This document shows positions 1 to 11,023 of a stretch of DNA of 32,000 nucleotides, in pieces (the first letter of the stretch is position 1; each line of letters starts with the position of its first letter). The notes under the pieces are model-generated. The model was not told where the DNA came from. It saw nothing but the letters and a program-made list of their open reading frames with translations, and did no database searches. The DNA is from Candidatus Saccharimonadota bacterium. GTDB taxonomy: Bacteria; Patescibacteriota; Gracilibacteria; BD1-5; UBA6164. Made by a program: the position numbers and the translations under genes. The stretch is taken from positions 1,200,001-1,232,000 of the forward strand of contig CP042461.1 of assembly GCA_004563595.2 (NCBI GenBank), given 5' to 3'.

Positions 1-577
1 CACTCCCATTAAATCATTCTTCAAGTAACGCTCTCAAACTCCACCCAGCACAATATCCACAAAACATATCAAGATCATGGATATGCATATCTCAGTTTCT
101 ATGTAGGTTTCAAACTTCAGCTGGGTATATGTGAGAGAGCCAATAGTTCGCTGTTACTTTTCATGATAGGTTTAATATCATTCAACCCAATGAATACCCA
201 GAGTTTGCATTTGCATTTACTCTCCAGTCTGATTTATCAAGGTATTCTTCCATACTTTGCCCTACTTCTATCACGACATTTCTATCTGATCTTTGTTCTG
301 ATCTTTTTTCTCTATATACGATATACTTTTTTACTACTTCATCATGTCATTCTTTTATAAGTGCTTCTTCTACAGCATCTTGTATAAGTTCAACTGATGG
401 GATTTCATTCCCTACTTCTGCCTCTATTAGAGCTATAGCAATATTTGTAATGGTTTTTACGGATTCAAAATTATCTCATCCAGCTGCTTTAATCGACTGA
501 ACTAATGCTTCTTCAATTTTTGTTCTATCAAAAGATATAATAGCTCAATTCCTTTTTTTTACTTTGTATATAGGCAT
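1..577 (-). CDS. nrdD: Anaerobic ribonucleoside-triphosphate reductase (class III), N-terminal part; the gene runs off the window
   Basis: ATG at 577 on the minus strand. The table-25 translation begins MPIYKVKKRNGAIISFDRTKIEEALVQSIKAAGG (ATP-cone). It continues ...DWRVNANANSGYSLGGMILNLSGKVTANYWLSHIYPAEVGNLHRNGDMHIHDLDMFCGYCAGWSLRALLEEGFNG, the conserved NrdD N-terminal core. There are 8 in-frame TGA codons and no TAA/TAG. Confidence 0.9.
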
Positions 578-642
578 AAGAGAACATGATAATTATCTAA
601 AATAAAAAGCAAGCACATGTAGTGTTTACATATTTTTATAAT

Positions 643-658
643 ATACAATATATAGTGT
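643..658 (-). promoter_or_regulatory. NrdR-box-like operator upstream of nrdD
   Basis: The minus strand reads ACACTATATATTGTAT. This matches 15 of 16 positions of the published NrdR palindrome acaCwAtATaTwGtgt. It lies 66-81 nt upstream of the nrdD ATG. Confidence 0.55.
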
Positions 659-773
659 TTTTACAAATTTTTTGAGGTATTTTAGATTGACTATTTTCAT
701 ATATATTTCAGTGGAATTTTAAGGTCTGAATTTATAGCGCAAAACTAGATCTAGATAAATTTAAATTTAAACA

Positions 774-789
774 ATACAATATATAGTGC
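774..789 (-). promoter_or_regulatory. Second NrdR-box-like site
   Basis: The minus strand reads GCACTATATATTGTAT (14/16 to the NrdR consensus). It shares an exact 15-mer, ATACAATATATAGTG (plus strand), with the site at 643-657, 131 bp away. Confidence 0.45.
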
Positions 790-926
790 TTTTCTGTTTT
801 AAATTTATTATTATCATAATAACAATAAATAACTTGCAATAACCTCCTAAATTCATACAATCCATGCACCTGGGCAAGGTGTCATATAATCTATGGCGAA
901 TTCTTAATTATATTAAGAGTTTAAAT

Positions 927-962
927 AAAACCCCATACATAATATATTATGTATGGGGTTTT
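927..962 (-). terminator. Intrinsic terminator after nrdA (symmetric, could act in both directions)
   Basis: A perfect 12-bp stem, ccccatacataa / ttatgtatgggg (931-942 / 947-958), with a 4-nt loop. It is flanked by AAAA and TTTT and starts 15 nt past the nrdA stop. Confidence 0.8.
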
Positions 963-976
963 ATGATTGGAGTTAT

Positions 977-3589
977 CTATCCACTACAACTTACACATTC
1001 TTTCACATCTAAACTCATTGATCTTACATAATACACTGTTTTAATCCCTTGTTTCCAAGATTTCATGTAGTATCTATATAAGTCAGCTGGAGATGTTTCT
1101 TGGGGGTTTATAATCCATTCAAATGATGCTGATTGGTCAATCCATTTGTAGACAACACTCATCATATCAATAACATCTTCCATATCCATGTTTACGTACT
1201 CTTTGTAATACCAGAAATTTTCAGAGTTTAGGTTGGGGGCAACTACAACTGTTGGAGCAACCTTATTTGTTTCTACGAAATATCTCTTATAAATCGGGAG
1301 CATAGCAGCTGTTGTTCAGACGACTCATGCTGTTGAAGTATTTGGAGCTGGAGCTAAGTGATATGCAAACCTCATACCATCTTTTTTGATATTATCAATA
1401 AGTTTACTCCACTTACCAGACATTTTAGAGTTATTTTTAAACCAATTTTTATCTTTTCAAATTATGATTCATTTTGACCATTCCGATCATTCATATATAT
1501 CATATGTACCTCTTTGTTTTGCTAATTCATTTGAAGCTTTAAATGTATGATATGCAAATAATTCCATAACTTCATCCATTTTATCTCTTGCTTCTTTTGT
1601 ATCATAAGCAAGCTTACTACATGCTAAGAATTCTGCTACTCATAAGAATCATACTCATACTGACCTATATTTTTTTGCTGTCAATTCAGCTTCTTTGATT
1701 GGATAATAATTCAAATCAATAACATTATCAAGAATCCTCATTACAACTGGAGTTACTTTTTCTATTTCCTCAGCTGTATTTACTTTCCCAATATTTATTG
1801 AAGCCAGATTACATACTACTGTATCTCAAGGAGTATATTTGATAACTATATTACCATCCTCAATTGCTTCTTCTACATATTTAGAAGCTGATGTATTTTG
1901 ACAAATCTCAGTACATAATTGTGTAGAATAAATATTTCAAGCATGTTTATTTGGATTGAGTTTGTTTACGGTATCACGATAGAATACATATGGCATTCCT
2001 GTTTCAACGGTAGATTTCATGAATTTTTTAAATAATTCTTTTGCATTTACTGTTCTTTTGAGTTCCAAACCTGCATTTTTTTCACATTCTAAGTAAAATG
2101 CTTCAAACTCTTCATTAAAACAATCTTGAATTACTTTCCCTGTTTTATCTTTTACTTCTTTTGGATCAAAAAGTGTCCAATCTCCATTTTCTTCTACCCT
2201 TTTCATAAATAAATCAGGAATTGAAACAGCTGGAAATACATCAAATGCTTTTGCTCTGATATCTCAAGTTTCTGTTTGAAGATCAAGAAAATCAAATATA
2301 TCTCTATGCCACATATCAAGAGTTACACTGATAGATCCCATTCTTGCTCAAAGTTGATTTACAGCAATAGCAGTATCATTAATAACCTTTATCCATGGAT
2401 TTACTCATCCTGAAACTCACTTAATTCCTCTGATAGTTCCCCCTCTTGATCTAATATTTCATAGATATACTCAAATTCATCCACCAAATTTTGAGATTTG
2501 AGCCATATTTTCAACATTATGATAAATTGCTCTTAAGTCATCATCTAAGTTTAATTTAAAACATGATGATAATTGATGATAATTTGTTCTTGAGTTTAAT
2601 AGTGTTGGAGTTGGAAGTGATATTTTCCCTGTAGAACAATATTCGTATATCTTAAGTGCTGTTGCGAGCCTTGTTTCTTTGGGTTCTGGAATTGCTAAAA
2701 ATAATGCTGCACTCATATACATTTCTTGTGGAAGCTCTTTTACTACTCCGTTTGGATTTAATAGGTATCTTTTTTTATACATCAACATTGTTGTATAATT
2801 ATAAGAAAGGTCTGTATGTTTATCTAGTTTTGATCATGCTTTTAAGATATCTTCATCACTATAATATTTATAATAATCTTTATAGTAGTGTCCAAGCTCT
2901 ATATATTCATCAAAGAGCTTTTTATAATGTTTTGCTTCATAGATTTTATGAATATCCATATTTCTATTGTATGAAGCTTCCTTGTATAAATCAATAAGTG
3001 AAAGCCTCCCCCCAATAAATTGCCATGAAGTATTTTCAACAGAAATCAAATCAACAGCTGATTTAATCATCATTTTTGTGATATCTGAAGTTTTCATATC
3101 TTCAACGATATATTTTTTCAAACTATCAGCTAATTCTTCAAATTTACAAACTCTTGCAAGTTTATACGATACTTTTTTATATGTTTCTTTTACCTTATCC
3201 ATATCAAAGGCTTCTTTTTTCCCATTTTTCTTTATTATCTTGAGAGTATTTGTTTCTATTTTTTTCTCTAATTTTTCTTTTTGCTTTTGTCTTTTTTTCC
3301 TTCTCTCATCTCTATAAATAATGAATTGTTTTGCCACATCAAAATATTTTTGCTCCATAAGCTCAACTTCAATTGCATCTTGAATATCTTCAATAGTAAT
3401 AACATTACCAGGTTCCGATGAAACGAGATTATCTTCTAATTTTTGGATTATATTATCAGTGATAGCATCAACAAAAGATATGTCTAATATATTACTTGCT
3501 TCAGCAGCTTTTTCGATTGCTCTTTCCACTCTACTTCTATCAAATAGAACAAGATCAGATTCCCTTGTTTTTATCACTTTTAATTTCAT
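977..3589 (-). CDS. nrdA: Ribonucleoside-diphosphate reductase alpha subunit, class Ia, with two N-terminal ATP-cones (870 aa)
   Basis: Four ORF-track fragments (977-1303, 1937-2206, 2477-2788, 2834-3589) share one frame. I scanned the gaps between them and found only TGA, no TAA/TAG. Supporting motifs:
- Two ATP-cones, MKLKVIKTRESDLVLFDRSRVERAIEKA... and LKIIKKNGKKEAFDMDKVKETY.
- ISLPTPTLLNSRTNYHQLSSCF.
- QLCTEI.
- C-terminal GIKTVYYVRS (class I Tyr-Tyr pair) and ECVSCSG. Confidence 0.9.
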
Positions 3590-3789
3590 ACAAAAATAGT
3601 TATTTACTAATATTTTCCTCTCCTTTAATCTAATGATTTTTCAAAATTTTGCTATAATTTTGTATACAGTTGTGTTAAAAAAAAGCAGGATAATGTTAAA
3701 AACTATAAATAGACCTCTCTATTAAATAATCTTATAAAAATTAAGTCAAAAAAATTTGCTTTTTTGTGGAAAATTATCTGAATTATTAA

Positions 3790-3825
3790 GAAAAAGTTTT
3801 TAACATTTTTGTTAAAAACTTTTTC
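3790..3825 (-). terminator. AT-rich hairpin immediately after the rmuC stop
   Basis: Inverted repeat gaaaaagtttttaac (3790-3804) / gttaaaaactttttc (3811-3825) with a 6-nt loop. The stem is AT-rich, so it is thermodynamically weak. Confidence 0.45.
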
Positions 3826-3826
3826 T

Positions 3827-4879
3827 CTATAGTTCTGGCTTATCAATCTGTAATACCTCTACTTTTCACCCGACTTCTCCATCTGTTATTTTTAGAACAT
3901 CTTTATCTATCAAATGGAACTTTTTATAGGTCTCATTATAATGTGAAACAGTTGTCCCCAAAGTCTTTCATAATTTCTCTAAATATTCTTCGTATGCATT
4001 TAAATGCTTTCATAACTTTGCTACATGCTTTTGAATATCTTTTGCAGCTTCTTCAATCTGCAAAGCTTTTAATCACTGTAATACCGTTTGTAAGTATGCA
4101 TAAAAACTTGTTGGAGAAACTATGATTACTTTTTTTTCTTTAAATGCATATTCTATTAAGTCTGCAGTGTTTATTTTCATATTTCATACTTTGTTTATGA
4201 GGAGATCATAATAGATTCCTTCACTTGGAATAAACATAAAAGCAAATTCCATTGTTCCTTCTTCGGGACGTATATATTTACTCGTTTCATCAATTCTCTT
4301 TTTGAGGTCATTTCTAAATTCTTTTTCATGCTTCTCTTTTTCATGTTTTGTTTCAGCCTCGAGTATTCTATTATAATTTTCTAAACTAAACTTTGAATCA
4401 ATTGGAATTATTTTATCTTTTACAAAGATCACAGCATCAACTGCTTCCCCATTTTTGAAACTATATTGCAATGAATAGTTATTAGGAGGAAGAATATTCT
4501 TTAATACACTTTCTAAAAAATATTCTCATAACACTCCTCTTTGTTTTGGGTTTTTTAAAATACTTTCAAGTCCCTCTAGTTGACCTCATATATCTTTAAT
4601 CTGTTTGTTTGTTTCCTCTAAACTAGTTAATTTTTCTGTTATTTCTTCTATCTTTTTTGTTGACTCAACATTTATTTTTGAACTCGTCTCAAAATTCTTC
4701 GAAACATTCCTGTTTGATTCTCAAAGTTTATAATCAATTGTTTTATTCAGGTTTAAAATTTGCTCTTGAAGCAATTTTAAGCTCGAAGTATCTGTCTGAG
4801 TATTTTGTTTATTTAATAGGTAAAATATAATTCCTATTAAGCCTGACACTAGAAGTATCAAAAAAATTTCTAAATTCAT
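3827..4879 (-). CDS. rmuC: DNA recombination protein RmuC (350 aa)
   Basis: One frame from ATG 4879 to TAG 3827-3829, hand-checked for TAA/TAG. It has an N-terminal TM segment (MNLEIFLILLVSGLIGIIFYLL) followed by a coiled-coil. The RmuC core reads GEAVDAVIFVKDKIIPIDSKFSLENY ... FAFMFIPSEGIYYDL. Confidence 0.8.
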
Positions 4880-4896
4880 ATTTTTACATTAAAAAT

Positions 4897-5490
4897 CTAA
4901 CTTAATTCCCTAATACAATACGGTAAAATATCTCCTGCACCTTTCATCTCTTCAGGAAGCCCTTCTAGTACTCTTTCTACATCTTTCCCCTGATATCACA
5001 TATTCACCAAGGTATCTTTGATCTGTTCAAATAAACTTCTGTCAATAAAGACTTTTGCAGTATTTGTTCATGATGAAGTATCCACCTGTACTTTAAATTC
5101 TTTATCTTTCAATTCTAAAATTATTTTTTCAGCCATCTTTTTTCAAATTCACTTGATCCCTTCTATTGTTTTATTATCAGCTGATTGAATTGCATGAATC
5201 AGTCTCTCTATTCAAAGAGAGAGTATTTGCATCGCAACCTTTCCTCATACTCATGAGATTTTAATAAGCTCAGTAAATACATCTTTATCCGATTTTTCTA
5301 GGAATCCGAATAAAGCTTCAGAATTTTCTGTCTTATGATGATATATAAATATCTCCGCATCATCATTTAAAACAAGGTTTGCAGAGATAATTTCATTAAT
5401 TACTACTGCGTACCCAACCCCTCCTGATGTCAAAATAGTAAGTGAATTAAAATCTAACTCTATTATTTCTCATTTTAGGTATGAAATCAT
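4897..5490 (-). CDS. ruvA: Holliday junction branch-migration complex subunit RuvA (197 aa)
   Basis: The N-terminus MISYLKGEIIELDFNSLTILTSGGVGYAVVIN matches the RuvA consensus (..L.G.......GGVGY.V), and the G of LKG is a TGA codon. The frame has no TAA/TAG. The stop lies 17 nt upstream of the rmuC start, so the two genes are probably an operon. Confidence 0.85.
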
Positions 5491-5656
5491 TTCTGGTACT
5501 GCTAAAAAATAATGTATATGAATAGTATATAAAAATTGAAATAAAATGCAATAATAGCAAAAATTATCCTCCTCCAATAAGTTTTTTTCTCTATTTTTTG
5601 AATTTTATTTCCATATATGGTACTCTTATTAATAATAATATTAACTTCTGACTCTC

Positions 5657-7561
5657 ATGAGTGAATCTTTCTTCGAAAATACAACTGAACATGGATATAA
5701 TGGTCCTGATATGTTTGATGAAATGAAAAAACCAAAAACAAAAGAAGCTATTGAAGATAGAGTTTTTTGTTTGGCTAGTAAAATTCCTGATATCATAGAT
5801 CAAAATATGAATCTTATGCCTCTAAAACCCAAGATAAGAAATGAAAAAATTGTTGAAAGTATATATAATTCAAAATTTGAAGGCACGTACCAAGGTACCC
5901 CTGAACAATTAGCCAGAGTTTTTTCATACCTTTTTATAAGAACAAGGGATACTCAAGAAATTCAAGGGAATTATGTACAAATCAAGTTAAACAATGAAAA
6001 TAGTACTATAAATGTTAGAAGTGAATGAGATTTAAATACAAAATTTTCCTCTATTAAGCATTGAGTAACCGTAAAAGACTTATGAGAAACAAAAATTTTT
6101 AAAGACCGTAATTATAAAAAAGTAGAGTTTTACTCAGTAGATCAAGGTGTAAAAATATGATTTATTGCTGAAAATTTAACAGAACCAGTAAAAACAAAAA
6201 GCCTCAAACAATTAGACGGATATATACGTTCGATATGACTCAACCCAACTATAGAATTAAAAAGAGCTGCATTTAATAGAGTATACCCATTCAAGGATTA
6301 TAGATGAGATTTAGATCCTTCAGATGCATTCAGTCCAGCCCATGAAAAAGAGATACGTGCCAGAATTTCAAGAGATAATAATGAAGTGTACCATAAACTT
6401 GCTCAAGAATATGAGCTCAGAAGACTTATTGATACCAATAAAATAAGACTCTATTGTCATGAATCAATAGAAGGATTCAAAAAAGAAATAACTGATACAA
6501 AAGAATCTAATGCAAGAATGGAAGAAGCAACACCTACAGAACTTAAAGAATTAAAAGAATCAGTTCAAGCTCCTTCAAAAATAACGAATCCAGACCTTCC
6601 TAAAAAGAAAACTCCTGAAAATACGATTCAAAGAAAACAAAAAGCAGCAACTATAGAAACAAAAAATAACCTTGTAGAATCTGTATTGAGCAAAATTGAA
6701 AACAACGAAAATATCCAAGATTACCTTCAAAATAAACATCCAGACCTTCCTCAAGAAAAACGTTTGGCAAAATTTAAAAGGAGTATATGAGCAGCAAAAG
6801 ATAATTTTGCAGATAACATAATGACTTTTACTTATCTCCTACAACATTCATATAAAAATTGAGAAAATATTCAGTTATGGGAATATTATCAAGAAAAAAC
6901 TTGAAAAAACTGGTCAGATCTTTGAAAATCAGGAGAAAATGCTCTTTTTAGAAAATATGCATGAGAAGTACAAGAAATCTATTCATGAAAGAAAATGTCA
7001 AACAACCTTACTATCATGCGTGGGCTTATTATTGAGCATGAACTTGGGACAAAATTTGAAAATGTTATAGAGGAAGAAAAAGAGAAATCTCTCTTTAATT
7101 TTAAAGAACATTGACTCGATCATTCTCAAATTCAATGAAGAAAAGCTGAGTTTGATGGAGATTGAAAGACTTATTGCTCAAAAACTGTACGTTTATATTT
7201 AAATAAATATTTAAATAAATATGGAATCGTAGCAGCTTGGCCAGCATCTGCACAAGCTTTCATAAATAAAGCTGAGAAAAACTGATCCCAAGCACTTAAT
7301 AGAGCAACTCTTGCACAGGAATTAAAATCCCGTTTTACAAAAAATTGAGAAACTATATTTGACGTATTTCCGAAAACATCTAATGGACATAGATGTATTT
7401 GTTTTATATGAAAAGATGCAAACGTATATGTACTTGATGATTATAATTATTCAAGAAAACCAGTACTCCTCACTCAATATTTAAACAATCCTAAATACCA
7501 AAATCTTACTTTCATATTAAACAAAGGATATAAAGTATCTCCAAATACTATGCAATCCTAA
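5657..7561 (+). CDS. Hypothetical protein (634 aa), no signal peptide; possible C-terminal papain-like Cys/His hydrolase fold
   Basis: ORF-track pieces 5657-6028 and 6386-6790 share one frame. I translated the whole frame by hand to TAA at 7559-7561 and it is interrupted only by TGA. It has a K/E-rich central region. The C-terminus reads GDGKTYCSKTVRLYLNKYLNKYGIVAAWPASAQ ... TSNGHRCICFIGKDANVYVLDDY, a Cys...His...Asp spacing reminiscent of NlpC/P60 or CHAP-type enzymes. Confidence 0.6.
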
Positions 7562-7570
7562 AACCACACC

Positions 7571-7600
7571 AAAGAAGCTCTCATCAAGCTTCTTTTTATT
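7571..7600 (+). terminator. Intrinsic terminator after the 634-aa gene
   Basis: Stem aaagaagct (7571-7579) / agcttcttt (7587-7595) with a 7-nt loop, followed by a T-rich tail. Confidence 0.6.
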
Positions 7601-7690
7601 TCCTTAAAAATACTCCAAAACTCATTTTGAAAAAATCCCTTTTTGAATATAATCTGGGCGTATTTTTTAAAGAAATAAACACATAAAAAC

Positions 7691-10333
7691 ATGATAGAAC
7701 AAATAATAAAGAGCATATTTGGAGATCCGAGTGAAAAAAGAGTAAAAGAAATCACAAAAGATATCAAAAAAATCCATGAAAATGAAGAAAGCTTCAAGAA
7801 TTATTCACTTGATGACGTTAAGAATAAAACAGCTGAATTCAAGGCTTTATTTGAAGGACTTGATTTCAAAAATGAAGAAGATTCTAAAAAAATGAGCTCT
7901 CTTCTTGATGATATCAAACTTGAAGCATTCGCACTTGTAAAAATAGCTTGTACACTTATTAATGGGCAAGACTTTAAGTTATCAGATGGGAGGTCATTCA
8001 CTTGGAATATGATTCCATATGACGTTCAACTTGTTTGAGGGCTTTCAATTCACTCAGGAAGTATTTCAGAAATGAAAACATGAGAATGAAAAACACTCGT
8101 TGCTACCCTTCCAGCATATTTAAATGCACTTACTGGAAATACTGTACAAATTGTTACCGTAAATGACTATCTTGCTACCAGAGATTCTGAAGAAATGTGA
8201 ATCTTATATAAATCCCTCGGACTTACCGTTTGAGTTATTTATAATTCTCAACCAAGAGATGAAAAGAAAAAAGCTTATGAATGTGACGTAGTATACGCTA
8301 CAAATAATGAGCTTGGATTTGATTACCTCAGAGATAACATGGTCTGAACTCTGGAAGATAAAGTTCAATCCCCTCTTTTCTTTGCTATCATTGATGAAGT
8401 AGATTCTATTTTAATAGATGAAGCAAGAACTCCACTGATTATCTCTATGCCTGATAACGAACCTACCAGTAAGTATGGGAAGTTTGCCACTCTCTCAAAA
8501 CACCTTGATAATGGGGTGCATTACAAAATAGATGAAAAACAAAAAACAGCCACTCTCACTGAAGACGGGATTAAAAAAATAGAAGAATTACTCAAAATAG
8601 ATAATATATATGTTTCTGCTCATTATAATGATCTCCATCATGTAGAAAATGCCCTCAAAGCAAAAGCAGTATATAACAAAGATAAAGATTACCTCGTAAA
8701 CAATGGAGAGGTCATGATTATTGATGAACATACTTGAAGAGTACTTGCAGGGAGAAGATATTCTGAATGACTTCACCAAGCATTGGAAGCAAAAGAAGGA
8801 GTAGAAATACAACAAGAATCAAAAACACTCGCATCAATTACATTTCAAAATTATTTTAGAATGTACTGGAAACTCTCAGGAATGACAGGTACTGCAAAAA
8901 CAGAGGAAGAGGAATTTTACAAAGTATATGGACTTGAAACTCTTAGCATCCCAACAAACAAACCTATTGCAAGAAAAGATGAAAAAGACCTCCTCTTCAA
9001 AAATGAAAAATGAAAATTTGATTATGTCATTGAGCTTATTAAAGAGCTTCATGAAAAAGGTCAACCTATCCTTGTTTGAACGGTTTCTGTTGAAAAATCT
9101 GAATATTTAAGTGAAAGACTCAAAAAAGAAGGAGTTTCTCATAATGTGCTGAATGCAAAACACCATGAAAGTGAAGCTGAGGTTGTAGCACATGCTTGAC
9201 AAAAATGAGCGATCACTATTGCAACAAATATGGCATGAAGATGAACAGATATCAAACTCTGAGAATGAGTAATTGAACTTGGATGACTTATTATCCTTGG
9301 GACTGAGAAGCATGAGACAAGAAGAATCGATAATCAATTAAGAGGACGTGCATGAAGACAATGAGACCCTTGAATGACTCAATTTCTTATCTCTCCAAAT
9401 GATGATGTTATGAGAATATTTGGATGAGATAAACTCTTTGGAGTCTTCAACTCTCCTATGTTTGCTTCCCTTCCTGACAATGAACCTCTTGCGCAAAGTG
9501 GAATGTTAACAAACAAAGTTACATGAGTACAAAAACAAGTAGAATGACATAATTTTGATATCAGAAAACATATACTTGAATATGATGATGTTATCAACAA
9601 ACATAGAACTATCATCTATGAAAGAAGAAATAAAATTCTTAATAGCGAAAACATTGATAGTGATATACATATGATGGTCAAAAATCAAATTCAACAGTTT
9701 GTAACTGCAGAATTAACAAAATCATGAGAAGAAATCAATAAAAAAATACTGAAAAAACATGTAAATGAATTTTTAGGTTTTGAGTTGATTGATGACACAA
9801 TCGAAAACGATGATATAAATGGAATTCAAGACAAAGAAGAATTAGCAACATATATAGCAAATACAGCATCAAATGAACTTACAAACCTGAAAGGAAAAGC
9901 TGCTGACATAGAACAGTTCTATACTTTAGAGAGAAGAATAGTTCTCCAATCAATTGATGAACTTTGGATGAGACATATCGATGCCATGAGTAGACTCAGA
10001 GAAGAAGTTGCTTTTGAAGGATACGCTCAAAGAAACCCTCTAGTCGTGTATAAAGAAAAAGCTTTTGAAAAATTTAATACTCTTATCTGAGAACTTGAAT
10101 ATAAAGTTATAAAAGCTATCTTCTCAGTAAAAACTATTTCTGAAGTTGATGAAGTTCAACTTAATAGCGAAGATTTTGAAATAAATGAAAACGAATTAGA
10201 AAATCTTCTTGATAGCTTTAGTAAAGATAAACAAGTAGATTCAACTCCTACTCAGAAAGGAAATCCATTATTTGCAAAACCTGGAAATACTCCAAAAGCA
10301 GTAAATAATAAAAAGACTAAAATTAGAGTATAA
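7691..10333 (+). CDS. secA: Preprotein translocase ATPase SecA (880 aa)
   Basis: ORF-track pieces 7691-8038, 8447-8737, 8783-9013 and 9785-10090 share one frame, and I hand-scanned the gaps. Supporting motifs:
- PYDVQLVGG, with TGA at 8036-8038.
- Walker [23 protein letters not shown], where both Gly codons are TGA (8081-8083 and 8087-8089).
- [22 protein letters not shown].
- IATNMAGRGTDIKLG.
- [18 protein letters not shown].
There is no C-terminal Zn-finger Cys cluster. Confidence 0.97.
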
Positions 10334-10341
10334 AAAAATAA

Positions 10342-10370
10342 AAAACGCTGATTCTTTTCAGCGTTTTTTC
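10342..10370. terminator. Intrinsic terminator after secA; possibly shared with the convergent small gene
   Basis: Stem aaaacgctga (10342-10351) / tcagcgtttt (10358-10367), loop ttcttt, then a T-run. Confidence 0.75.
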
Positions 10371-10434
10371 ATGTCAATTTTAAAGACAAATAGACTTCAA
10401 AATTGAGTATTCATAATCACTAATCTAGACTAGA

Positions 10435-10854
10435 CTAATCCTCTCTTTTTATAAAATTTATTTTATGTAAATTTAAAAGCATTTCAATTAATGTTAGCAT
10501 TCCGTAATCGCAACTCAAAACACTATAGAATAGTATATTATCTCGTTTTGGAGATTCAGAATAATTTACTTCTATGATTTTTATGTTTCCTGATGATAAT
10601 ATTTTTTCAATGCTAAAAGAAAACCTACCAAATTGGTTTTCTTTAATATCGAGACCTCTTCGTTCTACACCAGAACATTCATTCACAACTTTAAATTTGC
10701 TCGTGCCTATACCATTTTCAATTCCATTAACTATTTTCTCCAATAAGCTTTTAACGTCTTTTACTCCACCCTTTTTTTCTTCTCCTACATTAGATTCTTC
10801 CAAAATATACTTCTCCTTTTTACTTCTGAGATGATGTTCATAACCAAAGCACAT
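10435..10854 (-). CDS. Small hypothetical protein (139 aa), possibly a PUR-alpha-like (DUF3276-type) ssDNA/RNA-binding protein
   Basis: An intact ORF with no internal TGA. The segment SGVERRGLDIKENQFGRFSFSIEKI resembles the PUR repeat signature (..fDvKEN.rGrFl.I.E). This is recalled by eye only. Confidence 0.4.
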   Translation of the reverse strand: MCFGYEHHLRSKKEKYILEESNVGEEKKGGVKDVKSLLEKIVNGIENGIGTSKFKVVNECSGVERRGLDIKENQFGRFSFSIEKILSSGNIKIIEVNYSESPKRDNILFYSVLSCDYGMLTLIEMLLNLHKINFIKRED

Positions 10855-11023
10855 TCAAAATATGGAAAAACATATAAATTGCAAATTACTTTAAAATAAT
10901 ATGTCAAAAAGTAGGTTTTTTTTTAACAATGCTGGGGTTTTCCTATTCGTCAATCTATTTTTCTGTAAAATTATACTCAACTATGTTATTATAATAAAGA
11001 TATTTTAAATAACTTATAAGACT

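Noticed and set aside
790-880. A perfect AGGAGG (minus strand, 848-843) in the nrdA-nrdD spacer, suggesting a small upstream ORF or leader peptide (e.g. a 32-45-aa reading through ...CYYDNNKFKTEKHY...).
   Set aside because: The candidate starts are 3 nt (TTG) or about 25 nt (ATG) from the SD-like element. The peptides are unremarkable and overlap the NrdR-like box. No other gene here uses an SD. It is left unannotated.
2656-3317. Plus-strand ORFs 2656-2997 and 2967-3317 (113 and 116 aa).
   Set aside because: They are antisense to the ATP-cone/N-terminal region of nrdA. They start on GTG/ATG inside that gene and encode L/F/S/I-rich nonsense.
977-3589. The ATP-cone RNR as a class II (B12-dependent NrdJ) enzyme, which would explain the missing nrdB.
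   Set aside because: The C-terminus has the class I GIKTVYYVRS Tyr-Tyr radical-transfer pair rather than the class II KG.T.YRDGS motif. The active-site loop reads QLCTEI, and the PTPTLLNS...QLSSCF motif matches NrdA.
7558-7797. A 79-aa minus-strand ORF overlapping the secA start, and similar antisense ORFs inside secA (7801-8001, 8588-8815, 8876-9064, 9107-9337, 9379-9615, 9506-9694).
   Set aside because: They lie opposite a confidently identified SecA frame, and their hydrophobic, low-complexity sequences are typical of AT-rich antisense frames.
8036-8089. Alternative reading of TGA as tryptophan (table 4, Mycoplasma-like).
   Set aside because: The SecA P-loop GxxxxGKT and the double Gly of VQLxGG require Gly. 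Trp at these positions, at the prepilin cleavage site, or in a 13-residue hinge is not credible.
977-10333. nrdA, rmuC, ruvA and secA appearing as strings of short ORFs, which could be read as decayed pseudogenes.
   Set aside because: All fragments of each gene lie in one frame, with no frameshifts and no TAA/TAG between them. The interrupting TGAs fall on conserved Gly positions. This is recoding, not decay.
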